A program made the position numbers and the translations under genes. Positions 37,244 to 47,427 of a stretch of 64,000 bases of DNA are shown piece by piece. A model generated the notes under the pieces. That model worked only from the letters and a program-made list of their open reading frames with translations. It had not been told where the DNA came from and did not search any database. Origin of the DNA: Polyangiaceae bacterium (GTDB taxonomy: Bacteria > Myxococcota_A > Polyangia > Polyangiales > Polyangiaceae); assembly GCA_965222375.1 (NCBI GenBank), contig CBDCTZ010000011.1, forward strand, positions 320,001 to 384,000, given 5' to 3'. Each line of letters begins with the position of its first letter. Within the stretch, counting starts at the first letter, position 1.

Positions 37244-37708
37244 CTACGGCGCGCATTCGAACTTTGTCGTCGTGGGCACGCTTTTCACGGCTGCGCAGGC
37301 GGGCGGATCAGGCGCGACCTTCCCGCACATGTCGGCGCAAGCGTATTGGTCAAAGCCGTCGAGGCAGGCCTGTAGTTGAGGGTCCGTTGCGGTCTCGATT
37401 CCTTGGAAAGCAGGAATCTCGGTGCACGCATCTACGAAGGTGCTTTTCATCGCGGAGCAGTAGCTCGCGTCAACGACGCCGGCACCGGGGTCGCTGAAGT
37501 TCTGGAAGACTTTGCAGCGAGCGCGGGCACCGCAAAGAGAATCGTGAAGGCGCCTGCACCGATCCAAGCGGCTGTCGCCATCTTCATCGGCGCCGCTACA
37601 TCCGCTCAATGCAACGGCCAACAGCGCGATGATCGCCTTCCAGGTCGCGAGACGGTATCGAGGGTTCGACACGAGGATATGTGCCATTCCGTTGATACTC
37701 TGCCCCAT
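37244..37708 (-). CDS. Small Cys-rich lipoprotein
   Basis: Lipobox LSGC and multiple Cys. Start uncertain. Confidence 0.65.
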   Translation of the reverse strand: MGQSINGMAHILVSNPRYRLATWKAIIALLAVALSGCSGADEDGDSRLDRCRRLHDSLCGARARCKVFQNFSDPGAGVVDASYCSAMKSTFVDACTEIPAFQGIETATDPQLQACLDGFDQYACADMCGKVAPDPPACAAVKSVPTTTKFECAP

Positions 37709-38428
37709 CTAGTCGAAGTTGACCTTCACGCTCGTGTCCCACGGAAAGCTGATGGTTGTCGACGCATTCTTCAGTACCGGCAAGTGGGTGTACGAGTTGC
37801 AGAAGCCGCTGGCGTTGGGGAAATCGCAGACGCAGTCGACGCACTCGCCAGCTGCTTCTGCGGCAATCGTGTAGGTGCCTGGCGCAGGCGTCGCTCGTCG
37901 TCGGCAGCTCGCGTTTCCGCCGGATGGATCGAGAAAGCACTGGCTGGGCATCTCGACTTGGTCGTACGTCGCGCCAGGCCACTTGTAGTCATAGCTGGAG
38001 CCGTTCGCGACGCGTAGCACCTTGGGCGCTTGGCAGGCTGCGCCGCAACCACCAGGACTCGTCTGCAGCTGTTCGCAGGTTACGCCGCAGTCGCTGGGCT
38101 CGAGAAGGAGCTCTGTACCTTTCGAGTTCGAGAGCCGAAATAGAACTTCCTCACCGCAATCGAAGACCTTCGGCAGTATGTATATCGCGCCGCCGCTCCC
38201 GCTGTGTTGGAATTGGACCGTGATCTCGGCGCCTGGCTTCGCGTCCTTGTAGGCGTCGCAGCCTTGCCCGCCGCCCGCCCCGCTGCCGCCAGTCGCGGCG
38301 CTACCCCCGGCCGCCGCGGTTCCAGTTCCGGCAGCGCCACCAGATGTGTCGACGTCGGTAGAACCACCGCAAGCACTTGCGAAAAAGGCCGAGATGACAA
38401 AGCTCAACGAGGAGCGCGTGTGCGTCAT
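37709..38428 (-). CDS. Cys-rich lipoprotein
   Basis: MTHTRSSLSFVISAFFASAC, Gly linker, Cys-rich body. Confidence 0.7.
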   Translation of the reverse strand: MTHTRSSLSFVISAFFASACGGSTDVDTSGGAAGTGTAAAGGSAATGGSGAGGGQGCDAYKDAKPGAEITVQFQHSGSGGAIYILPKVFDCGEEVLFRLSNSKGTELLLEPSDCGVTCEQLQTSPGGCGAACQAPKVLRVANGSSYDYKWPGATYDQVEMPSQCFLDPSGGNASCRRRATPAPGTYTIAAEAAGECVDCVCDFPNASGFCNSYTHLPVLKNASTTISFPWDTSVKVNFD

Positions 38429-38672
38429 TGTAGATGCTCGACGCAACTGCCGTGCCATCGGCTTTCTTCGCGGAGAGACGGGAAACTGCTACGGGCGACA
38501 TGGCACGCCTGTGCCGTCTTGCGCCGCCTCCTCTCCGTGTTGTGGCGCTTGGGCCTGGGCACCTCTGGCTGTTGCTTCGCGCAATCGCTGCGTTCACCAC
38601 GAAGAACGAACCCCATGCTGCGACACGTCGGTGCGGTTCGTGGCGCGAACCGGCGGTGCTACGCTTTCCAGC

Positions 38673-40202
38673 ATGAAGCTGCGCATCTCGGTGAGGTCGT
38701 GGAGCACCGTGTTCGCTGCCGCCCTCGGATTCGGGGGTCAGGCTGCCTGTAGCTCGAACTCGTCGGGCGGCACGCCAAACGTTGACGCGGGGTCGCCGGA
38801 CGCTACGTTGAACGTCGACAGCGGTCTCGATGCACCCCCTTCGTCGTCCATCTTCGCCTGCGAAAACGGTGTCCCGTGGTCGAGCGACGGCGGCCCGTCA
38901 GGCGGGCTTGAGCGTTGCGAGAGCGGAATGCTGCACCGCCCCGCTGCTGGCAACTGCGGAACGGGTCCACCCTGGCCGACCGGGGGAGTACCCGATCCCC
39001 TCCCGCCAGGGATGTCGATTGGCCTTGGGGACGGCTGTCGCAAGGACTCGGATTGCACGGCAATGGCGCATGGCTACTGCGCCCTCATTGCGCGGAGCGC
39101 GCCTGAGCCGAGCGAATCGAACTGCACCTATGCCTGCTCGTCCGACGCGGACTGCGCTGCGGGGTTCCTGTGCGCCTGCGGAGAGTCGGTGAGCACGTGC
39201 GTCCCGGCTGACTGCGCGACCGACGCCGACTGTGGCGACATGCCGTGTATCCTCTTGCCGTCAGTCGTCACCTGCGGCCAACCCGCTCAACCGAAATTCC
39301 CGTGTGGCCGAGTCGGGCAAGAGTGTGCGGCCGACTCCCAGTGCCCCGAATTCCAGGCTTGCATCGCGGGCGCCTGCGAGTCGCGGATGAACATATGTGG
39401 TCGTCCGTTCCTGGTCGGCGGTATCCAGCGTCAGGCGGCCCCCGTCTCTCGAAACGACTGGGCGCATGCGATGGCGCTAGACCCTGGTGAGCTCGATTCT
39501 GGCGTACGAAGTTCGTTGGCCGAGCACTACACGCGCGCTGGCCTCATGGAGCACGCCTCGATCGCTGCCTTCGCGCGCTTTGTCATGGACCTTCTCGCCC
39601 TCGGCGCTCCCCCACAGCTCGTGCAAGGCGCACACAGGGCACTCGCGGACGAACTCGCCCACGCGCAGATCTGTTTCGGGCTAGCGTCCAAGTATGCGGG
39701 AGCAAGCCGCGGCCCCGGACGTATCGATGTGGAGGGCGCACTGCAAAGTAGTAGCTCCAGCGCGATCCTGGAGACGACCTTCCGCGAGATGTGCATCGGT
39801 GAAACCTGCGCCGCGATGGAAGTGGCCGAGAGCGCGCAACGAGCGACCGAACCGACCGTGCGCGCCGCGCTCGAGCGGATTGCCGCCGACGAGACCCGCC
39901 ATGCAACTCTCGGCTGGAAGTTCGTGAAATGGTTGCTTGACGGCCAGAGCGTCTCAGAGCGCAGGCGTTCGTTGGAGCGGCTGCGGTCTCTGGTTGCGGC
40001 GGAGGGCCGTCGTCGTGGTGGCTCTGAGGCCAAGGCTCGACCCGCGTCAGAGATGGACGCGCTTGTGGCGCACGGCTTGCTGCCAGACCTAGTTCGCAGT
40101 GCCGTGCACGACGCAGCCATCAACGAGGTCGTTGCGCCGTGCATCGAGACGCTGGCGAGCCAGCAGCAAGGCTTTCCTACCCAAGAATCCGCTTTGAGCT
40201 GA
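38673..40202 (+). CDS. Cys-rich lipoprotein with C-terminal ferritin-like diiron domain
   Basis: Lipobox QAAC, CxSDADC repeats, CGRPF, EHASIAAF, DELAH, CIGET, ADETRH. Confidence 0.85.
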   Translation: MKLRISVRSWSTVFAAALGFGGQAACSSNSSGGTPNVDAGSPDATLNVDSGLDAPPSSSIFACENGVPWSSDGGPSGGLERCESGMLHRPAAGNCGTGPPWPTGGVPDPLPPGMSIGLGDGCRKDSDCTAMAHGYCALIARSAPEPSESNCTYACSSDADCAAGFLCACGESVSTCVPADCATDADCGDMPCILLPSVVTCGQPAQPKFPCGRVGQECAADSQCPEFQACIAGACESRMNICGRPFLVGGIQRQAAPVSRNDWAHAMALDPGELDSGVRSSLAEHYTRAGLMEHASIAAFARFVMDLLALGAPPQLVQGAHRALADELAHAQICFGLASKYAGASRGPGRIDVEGALQSSSSSAILETTFREMCIGETCAAMEVAESAQRATEPTVRAALERIAADETRHATLGWKFVKWLLDGQSVSERRRSLERLRSLVAAEGRRRGGSEAKARPASEMDALVAHGLLPDLVRSAVHDAAINEVVAPCIETLASQQQGFPTQESALS

Positions 40203-40283
40203 AACGGAGCACTTCGAAGGCTGCCCTAATCATTGCTCGTCGTGGGGAATGCTGAGCATCGGCGACTCGCAGTGAAATGCCCG

Positions 40284-40712
40284 TCACTCCTGGGTGACGG
40301 GAGCTAGCGCGGTGATTGCGTCGGCGACCGTCTGGCAGGCAGCAACGACATCGGTCACGAGCCCATCGTCCACTTCCAACGCGCCTTCGTACTCACCGCG
40401 ATTGCGCAGGTCGTGGCACTTGGCCAGGACGCGCCAGACTTCGGGGCCCAAATTCAGCGTGTGTGGCAAGACTTGGAAAACGATGTAGCGCTTGGTCGCC
40501 CGGTAGCCGTGCGAGCGCAGCGCTGCCAAGGCGAGCGCATGGGCGGCGTTGTAGGCGAGATCGAATCGACCCTCCAACGATAGGTTCTCGAGGCGGGCGT
40601 CCTTTAGCCGCGCGAGCCCTGAACGTTTCAGGTTGGCGAACTCGTCTGCATCCGGCGGCTCGCGGGTCAGAAGCCCGCCCGGCTTAGAAAGGTTATCCAA
40701 CTGCGAGGTCAC
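40284..40712 (-). CDS. HEPN-like protein, partner of the MNT gene
   Basis: All-helical, FDLAYNAAHALALAAL, HDLRNRGEY (R-x4-Y). Overlaps the MNT stop. Confidence 0.7.
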   Translation of the reverse strand: MTSQLDNLSKPGGLLTREPPDADEFANLKRSGLARLKDARLENLSLEGRFDLAYNAAHALALAALRSHGYRATKRYIVFQVLPHTLNLGPEVWRVLAKCHDLRNRGEYEGALEVDDGLVTDVVAACQTVADAITALAPVTQE

Positions 40713-41328
40713 GTTCCTCCCCTAGTACCCACAACTTCGGTTGAGACAAGACTCGCTTGACAAATGGATTGTCCCTCTTGACCCGCCTGTTGAATTCCTT
40801 CTGAGAGTATACCGTTGGATTCACTGGTCTGCCAAGGCGCGTTGCCGTCTCTTCGAGTGCGAGAAAGATGTCAGCGTGCGTCAGCGTGTCGCTGACAATC
40901 ATCAGGTCGATGTCACTGGACGCGGTGTCTTGTCGTTTCGCGACTGACCCGAAGATGAACGCAGCCGCGATTCGATCCCGATGCCGCGCCAGCGCTTGTC
41001 GCAGTGGCTCGACCACGCCAACGGTCTTGAGCACAATGCCGCAGAGCTCTTCAAAGATGGGGGCGTTCGGGTTGGCCTGATAGTGCTTCTGGTTGCCAAT
41101 TCGCGTCACGGTGACAAGCCCGCTTCGCGCGAGCCGGGCCAGCTCGCGCTGGACCGCGCCCGACCCGCTGCCTGTGAGCACGATCAACTCGGTGGCGTAG
41201 AAACTACGCCCCGGTCTTCCGAACACATGAGCTAGGACTCGCTGTTGCGTGGTGGTGAACAACGCGTCCGCGAGTCCACTTTGCGCAGACTCAACCAACG
41301 GCGGATTTTTCCTACCCATATTGGGCAT
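40693..41328 (-). CDS. wHTH plus minimal nucleotidyltransferase (MNT) protein
   Basis: HTH GSGAVQRELARL and NTase motif FGSVAKRQDTASSDIDLMIV. Start could be 41319, 41328 or 41370. Confidence 0.88.
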   Translation of the reverse strand: MPNMGRKNPPLVESAQSGLADALFTTTQQRVLAHVFGRPGRSFYATELIVLTGSGSGAVQRELARLARSGLVTVTRIGNQKHYQANPNAPIFEELCGIVLKTVGVVEPLRQALARHRDRIAAAFIFGSVAKRQDTASSDIDLMIVSDTLTHADIFLALEETATRLGRPVNPTVYSQKEFNRRVKRDNPFVKRVLSQPKLWVLGEERDLAVG

Positions 41329-41370
41329 AGTAATACCCAATATGGGTATTGAGCTACCCAAATTGGGCAT
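41313..41370. promoter_or_regulatory. Array of three palindromic boxes at 21-bp period (probable operator)
   Basis: TACCCATATTGGGCAT (41313), TACCCAATATGGGTAT (41334), TACCCAAATTGGGCAT (41355). Confidence 0.75.
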
Positions 41371-41484
41371 TCACGTTCGGGTGTCGGATTGCCTGACAAC
41401 GCGGCGAGAGGCGATGTGGCGGGGCCACGTCGGCGCTGGTGGAGGCTCGTTGGGGCGTAGTTGCGCTAGCTTCTCGCCGGAGCT

Positions 41485-42261
41485 TCAATTCGCAGCTCGA
41501 AAGTACTGCGTGTACATGCCGCGGTGGATTGCCAATCGGACCTCTTCGATTTCAAAGCCGACGGCGCCTCCGTCCAACACAAGCAGGACCTGGTCGTGGC
41601 TGCGTTGCATGTTCGGATCGCTACAAGCGACGCCGTCATATGCAAACCCCTCAAAGGTCATCTTGGAGCCGTCGACGAAGTACTTCCCGGTCCCTGTTTG
41701 GCACCCTGTCGCGATGGAAACCGTTCCGTTGTCGCCGAAGTATGCGGTGATGTTCGGTGAACCCGGACCGCTGGCCACGTTGCCGTCGCTGAATCCGTCG
41801 CCACGCCACTGCGTCCCGATCAACGGTCGGTCCGGGCTGGCAATCTCGCGGTCGAGCAAGGTCATCTGCGCGCTAGACGTTGTCATCTTCAAGCGGGGCT
41901 CCGTCAGCTCGAGCCTGGGCTTGGCGCGCAGGAAGTTCACGAGCCACTCGTCCTGAGCGTGAAAGGCGCTACCGCACCCCATCGAAGTGATGCCGTAGCC
42001 CGGTACCGAGAGTGTGTTGTCGATGATGCTGAACCTGGCATTGATCGAATTGCAGCCCGCACCCGCTGAGAGTTCCTGATCGCGGAAGCGCAGGCGCACC
42101 TCGGTGCCTGCCACCAACTGCCAGCCTTCGACGCTCTCGGAAACAAACGTGCGCCCACGCAGCGCGGCTTCCATGCCTCCAACAGGACCGCCCTCGCCGG
42201 ATCCGCTGCACCCGCACGCCAGAAGTCCCGCAAGCAGCACATGCGATGGTCTTGCCGACAT
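41485..42261 (-). CDS. Lipoprotein with two META/HslJ domains
   Basis: Lipobox ACGC, AGCNSINARF, TSMGC, LIGTQW, TGCQTGTGKY. Confidence 0.85.
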   Translation of the reverse strand: MSARPSHVLLAGLLACGCSGSGEGGPVGGMEAALRGRTFVSESVEGWQLVAGTEVRLRFRDQELSAGAGCNSINARFSIIDNTLSVPGYGITSMGCGSAFHAQDEWLVNFLRAKPRLELTEPRLKMTTSSAQMTLLDREIASPDRPLIGTQWRGDGFSDGNVASGPGSPNITAYFGDNGTVSIATGCQTGTGKYFVDGSKMTFEGFAYDGVACSDPNMQRSHDQVLLVLDGGAVGFEIEEVRLAIHRGMYTQYFRAAN

Positions 42262-42480
42262 CTCTAGAGTGTGGCGCAGTTGCCCATCAGCGCACACTTG
42301 GCCGACGATGTTCCAAACGTGAATCATGATCGATGTCACGCCAGGCCCGGCGGGCGCGGTGCCGCTAAGCAGAGGGACGGTGAAGGCCCGGGTCCGCCAC
42401 CTCGCACCGCATCTTCGGCCGCCCACTCACCCCCAGGTGTGCTGCTGTACAGTTACGATGTGGGGATACGCTCGCGTGAA

Positions 42481-44052
42481 GTGCAGCCCGGGCTAGGACG
42501 ACTCGCCGTTGGATTCTTGTTAGTTGCGGCCGCTGTTTTTGCTGTACCAGCCTGTGCGGGTCGGGCTGCTCCAGCAAAGCCAGCGTCCGGGGTTGAGGTC
42601 CCGCGCCAGTTCGTGCGCGGTCCGCTCCGTTCACTGGACGTGGACGGGAGTGGTGGCTGCGCTGTTGACGCGAAGGGCAGCGTGTTCTGTTGGACGATGC
42701 CGTACTACGATCAACCCGCGCGGCAACGCGTCGTGCCGTTTCTTCCTCACGTGGCTGAAGCTCGCGTGGGGGCCGGCATCGCGTGCGCCCGAAGCAGTGA
42801 CGGAAGAGTCTGGTGCTTTCCGCCCACGGTGGACCACTATCTGATCGAGTTGACAGGCAAGCGCGAACCACTGCAGATCCCTCGCGCCAAGAAGCTGTTG
42901 ATGCGTAGGGAAGAGGTTTGCGTGCAGCTTGTTGCGGGCGGCTTTGCCTGTTGGAATGCGCCAAGCCCTGAAGAGACCTTCCGCACTTATCCTCGCGCTG
43001 TCGCGGTTGCCTTGGAAGGTGTGTCTCGGTTCTGGTTCCGTGGTCGGCTCGTCGCGTACCCTAACCAAGTCAAGTGGGAGTTCTCCAACGGCAAGGGTCT
43101 CTACTTCCCAGTGGCCAAGCTGGCCCAGCTCAACCAGGGGTACGCAAGACTCGCCGACGGGTCACTGCATCGGGTTGGCACCAAAGGACTCGAACCCTTG
43201 GGTATGTCCGCCATCGACTTCGATGCTGAGGATGACCACTTGTGCCGGATCACGCCATCACACCAGCTGGAGTGTTGGGGCACCAACCGACAAGGCCAAA
43301 TCCGGCCGGACTCATCCACCCTGGGTTATGGAAAGCTGCAACTGCTTCGGCGCGATGCGCGAGGAATGCGGATTGAGCTGCACCCGGGTCTGACATGCCT
43401 CATCGACCGCGAAGGCAATCGCAGCTGCCGAGGGAACTGCGCGCTGCTCCCCGACGCGCTCGGAATACCCTGTAAAGCGCGCTCCGTGCCGGTACGTGAG
43501 CCTGGCGCGCCGAACGGTGGGTTGCCCTGTCGACTAGGCCCGTTTGACGAAACACAGCCGTGTTTGCCGGGGGATCACGAGGACTCTGTGGGTGCTAGAT
43601 GCGATGTGTGGGGGCGCTGGCAGGTTCCGAGAGGAGTACCCACCATTGGCAACCCGCCCCGAACCGACCAGATGTACGTCAGGGGCGAATCGATTCCGGT
43701 TCAAAGCCTGGACATGAGCTACGTTGCTCGTCGGCTCGCTTACCAGAGCGGCAGAGTGATCGTGCTGGCTCTGAGATACAAAGACGAACCCAACGAGTTG
43801 GATTGCCTGCGAGCGCAGAACGTGCGCCGCGACCTGGTAGCGGCGGGCCTGTGCGCCGAGAAGCTCAGGATCGTGCGCACACCTCCTACGGACCCGCTGC
43901 CGCGACCCTACCGCGTCGGCGTTCAATTCGTTACCGAAGAGCTCGCCATTGTGAACGGCTTCCGAGAAGTGGGATACGACGTGGACGACCCTGAACCGTG
44001 CGCGTTCAGCAGCAGCGCCAGCGGCGTCGGAGCAGTCGTCCCTGTAGAATAG
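42481..44052 (+). CDS. Lipoprotein with degenerate RCC1-like repeats and possible OmpA-like C-terminus
   Basis: VPAC lipobox, CARSSDGRVWCF, LECWGTNRQGQI, C-terminal LDCLRAQNVRRDLVAAGL. Start uncertain. Confidence 0.6.
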   Translation: MQPGLGRLAVGFLLVAAAVFAVPACAGRAAPAKPASGVEVPRQFVRGPLRSLDVDGSGGCAVDAKGSVFCWTMPYYDQPARQRVVPFLPHVAEARVGAGIACARSSDGRVWCFPPTVDHYLIELTGKREPLQIPRAKKLLMRREEVCVQLVAGGFACWNAPSPEETFRTYPRAVAVALEGVSRFWFRGRLVAYPNQVKWEFSNGKGLYFPVAKLAQLNQGYARLADGSLHRVGTKGLEPLGMSAIDFDAEDDHLCRITPSHQLECWGTNRQGQIRPDSSTLGYGKLQLLRRDARGMRIELHPGLTCLIDREGNRSCRGNCALLPDALGIPCKARSVPVREPGAPNGGLPCRLGPFDETQPCLPGDHEDSVGARCDVWGRWQVPRGVPTIGNPPRTDQMYVRGESIPVQSLDMSYVARRLAYQSGRVIVLALRYKDEPNELDCLRAQNVRRDLVAAGLCAEKLRIVRTPPTDPLPRPYRVGVQFVTEELAIVNGFREVGYDVDDPEPCAFSSSASGVGAVVPVE

Positions 44053-44101
44053 TCCCCGCGTCCGCGAAGCGTCAGCGCAGGGTTCGTGGCTGCGCGCCGC
44101 T

Positions 44102-44455
44102 TTACCGCGCCCGACACAACCCGCTGAGCATCGCATACAGCGCATTGCCGCGATCGAGCACCAGCGGAAGCGCGTCAGCTACGCCGTCGCCCGCCTCGAT
44201 GGCGATTTCGGTGGTGGCGATGGCCTCGACGGCTTCGCCGCGGGCGATGCCGAAGACACGCGCCTTATCGGCGCGGGATACGCGGCCGGTGGCCTCGGCG
44301 ATGTTGCGACATGCGCTTTTGGCTGCGCGTAGGGCTTGGTCGCGCATTTCTCGGTCAGTGATCTCCGCGGCGCGTACTGCGCGGAGAAACTCGAGGGCGA
44401 CCCGATAGGCCCGCAACCGATGATGCGGCAGCTGAGATGTTGTGGATGTGTTCAT
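44102..44455 (-). CDS. Four-helix-bundle protein (23S rRNA IVS protein/Avd-like family)
   Basis: LRAYRVAL, RDQALRAAKSACRNIAEATGR, FGIARGEAVE, MLSGL. AAGGAGG RBS. Confidence 0.9.
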   Translation of the reverse strand: MNTSTTSQLPHHRLRAYRVALEFLRAVRAAEITDREMRDQALRAAKSACRNIAEATGRVSRADKARVFGIARGEAVEAIATTEIAIEAGDGVADALPLVLDRGNALYAMLSGLCRAR

Positions 44456-44460
44456 GTTGA

Positions 44461-44496
44461 TTCGAAACCTCCTTCACCCCAGAAGGAGGTTTCGAA
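44461..44496 (-). promoter_or_regulatory. Perfect 15-bp hairpin containing the four-helix-bundle Shine-Dalgarno
   Basis: TTCGAAACCTCCTTC-N6-GAAGGAGGTTTCGAA, 5 nt upstream of ATG 44455. Confidence 0.8.
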
Positions 44497-44610
44497 AGAT
44501 TGAGCACAGGTGACGTTGGTTCTTCCTCGAAAAGCGTGCGAGCAACCCCCAGTGCCAGCGTTAGCTGGCGCGGGGTTGCGGAGAGACGTTTGACCTGTCG
44601 GGGAAGGGGA

Positions 44611-44945
44611 TGCCTACGCCCACGCCTACGCCTACGGGTACGGGTACGGGTACGGGAGACGGGTACGTTGACGGACGACGCTGACCAGGTGTTGGCATGG
44701 CGAAACCGTTCCCGTCCCCGTTCTTGCGTAGCCGTCCCCGTTCTTGCGTCCTCGTTCTTGCGTAGGCGTAGGCGTAGGCGTAGCCGTCCCCGTTCTTGCG
44801 TTCCCGTTCTTGCGTCACCGTTCTTGCGTAGGCGTAGCCGTCCCCGTTCTTGCGTTCCCGTTCTTGCGTCACCGTTCTTGCGTAGGCGTTCCCGTCCCCG
44901 TAGGCGTAGGCGTGGGCGTCCCCGTCTCCGTCAATCCGCCCACCC
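44611..44945. repeat. Family B imperfect palindromic hexamer-rich repeat, expanded copy
   Basis: Same arms and core as 35298-35481, with internal expansion of CCGTTCTTGCGT and CGTAGG units. Confidence 0.85.
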
Positions 44946-45012
44946 GTGGCCCACCTCTAGAGTAGTGGCCCACCGCCGCCCCAAATCCGCGACCCCAACC
45001 CAACCAACTCAA
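44941..45012 (+). repeat. REP-like dispersed repeat, family A copy 4
   Basis: CACCCGTGGCCCA...AGAGTAGTGGCCCACCGCCGCCCC...CGACCCCAACCCAACC. Confidence 0.65.
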
Positions 45013-45030
45013 ACCACCTCAACACAAAGC

Positions 45031-45066
45031 AAAAACGCGGCACCCCGTGGAGGAGCACCGCGTTTT
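45031..45066 (-). terminator. Intrinsic terminator of groESL
   Basis: Minus strand CGCGGTGCTCC-loop-GGGGTGCCGCG followed by TTTTT. Confidence 0.7.
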
Positions 45067-45120
45067 CACATTCATGAGCTTCTCGCGCCCGAAGACGCAA
45101 AGCGCATGAACAGCTCGGAC

Positions 45121-46794
<1,674 letters not shown>

Positions 46795-46810
46795 TGTTCT
46801 GATTCTCCGT

Positions 46811-47101
46811 TCACTTCGAGATAACGCCCAGGACGTCGTCCTCGCGCAAAATTAGGTGTTCTTCACCGTCGAGTTTCACTTCTGTGCCGCTGTACTTGCC
46901 AAACAGCACGACGTCGCCCGCCTTGATGTCGAGCGCGCGCAGCTTGCCGTTGTCGAGCAGCTTGCCGTTGCCCACCGCGACGACCTTGCCCTCGATGGGC
47001 TTTTCTTTCGCGGCATCGGGAATGATGATCCCGCCCTTGGTTTTCTCTTCTTCTTCTACGCGTTTCACGACCAGTCGATCGTGTAGGGGTCGAATCTTCA
47101 T
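46811..47101 (-). CDS. groES: Co-chaperonin GroES
   Basis: [31 protein letters not shown]. Confidence 0.99.
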   Translation of the reverse strand: MKIRPLHDRLVVKRVEEEEKTKGGIIIPDAAKEKPIEGKVVAVGNGKLLDNGKLRALDIKAGDVVLFGKYSGTEVKLDGEEHLILREDDVLGVISK

Positions 47102-47288
47102 TTATTCCTCCGAGTGAGGGGTGCCTTTCCCGGCGGGAGTCAGCGGTCCCTCGAATGTTCGGGAGCCGTCCTCCCGCGTCCCCAGACCAACGTGGCTGGG
47201 AGCCCGGCATTCCGATGGGTCGTGGCAAAACTCGCCAATAGGCCCCACTGATGGACAACGCCGAACGAGCGGGAACCTATATCCATCA

Positions 47289-47315
47289 TCAGCACTGTCA
47301 ACGGGAGAGTGCCAA
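47289..47315. promoter_or_regulatory. CIRCE element (HrcA operator)
   Basis: TCAGCACTG-N9-GAGTGCCAA, 3 mismatches to TTAGCACTC-N9-GAGTGCTAA. Overlaps a minus-strand TTGACA-16bp-TAGGTT. Confidence 0.85.
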
Positions 47316-47427
47316 AAATACATAAATGGTTGAATTTGTTCAGTTTTTCTGAACACGGCCTCGGTCTGCCTAGGCGCAATTCCTGCGTCGGCCCCGAGCC
47401 AGCGGACTGCTAGACTCGAGCTGTCCA

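Noticed and set aside
44102..44455. Diversity-generating retroelement or 23S rRNA intervening sequence
   Set aside because: No reverse transcriptase, no TR/VR pair with adenine-specific differences, and no rRNA sequence in the window.
44611..44945. Possible CRISPR array
   Set aside because: No constant repeat with unique spacers and no cas genes. It is low-complexity tandem sequence.
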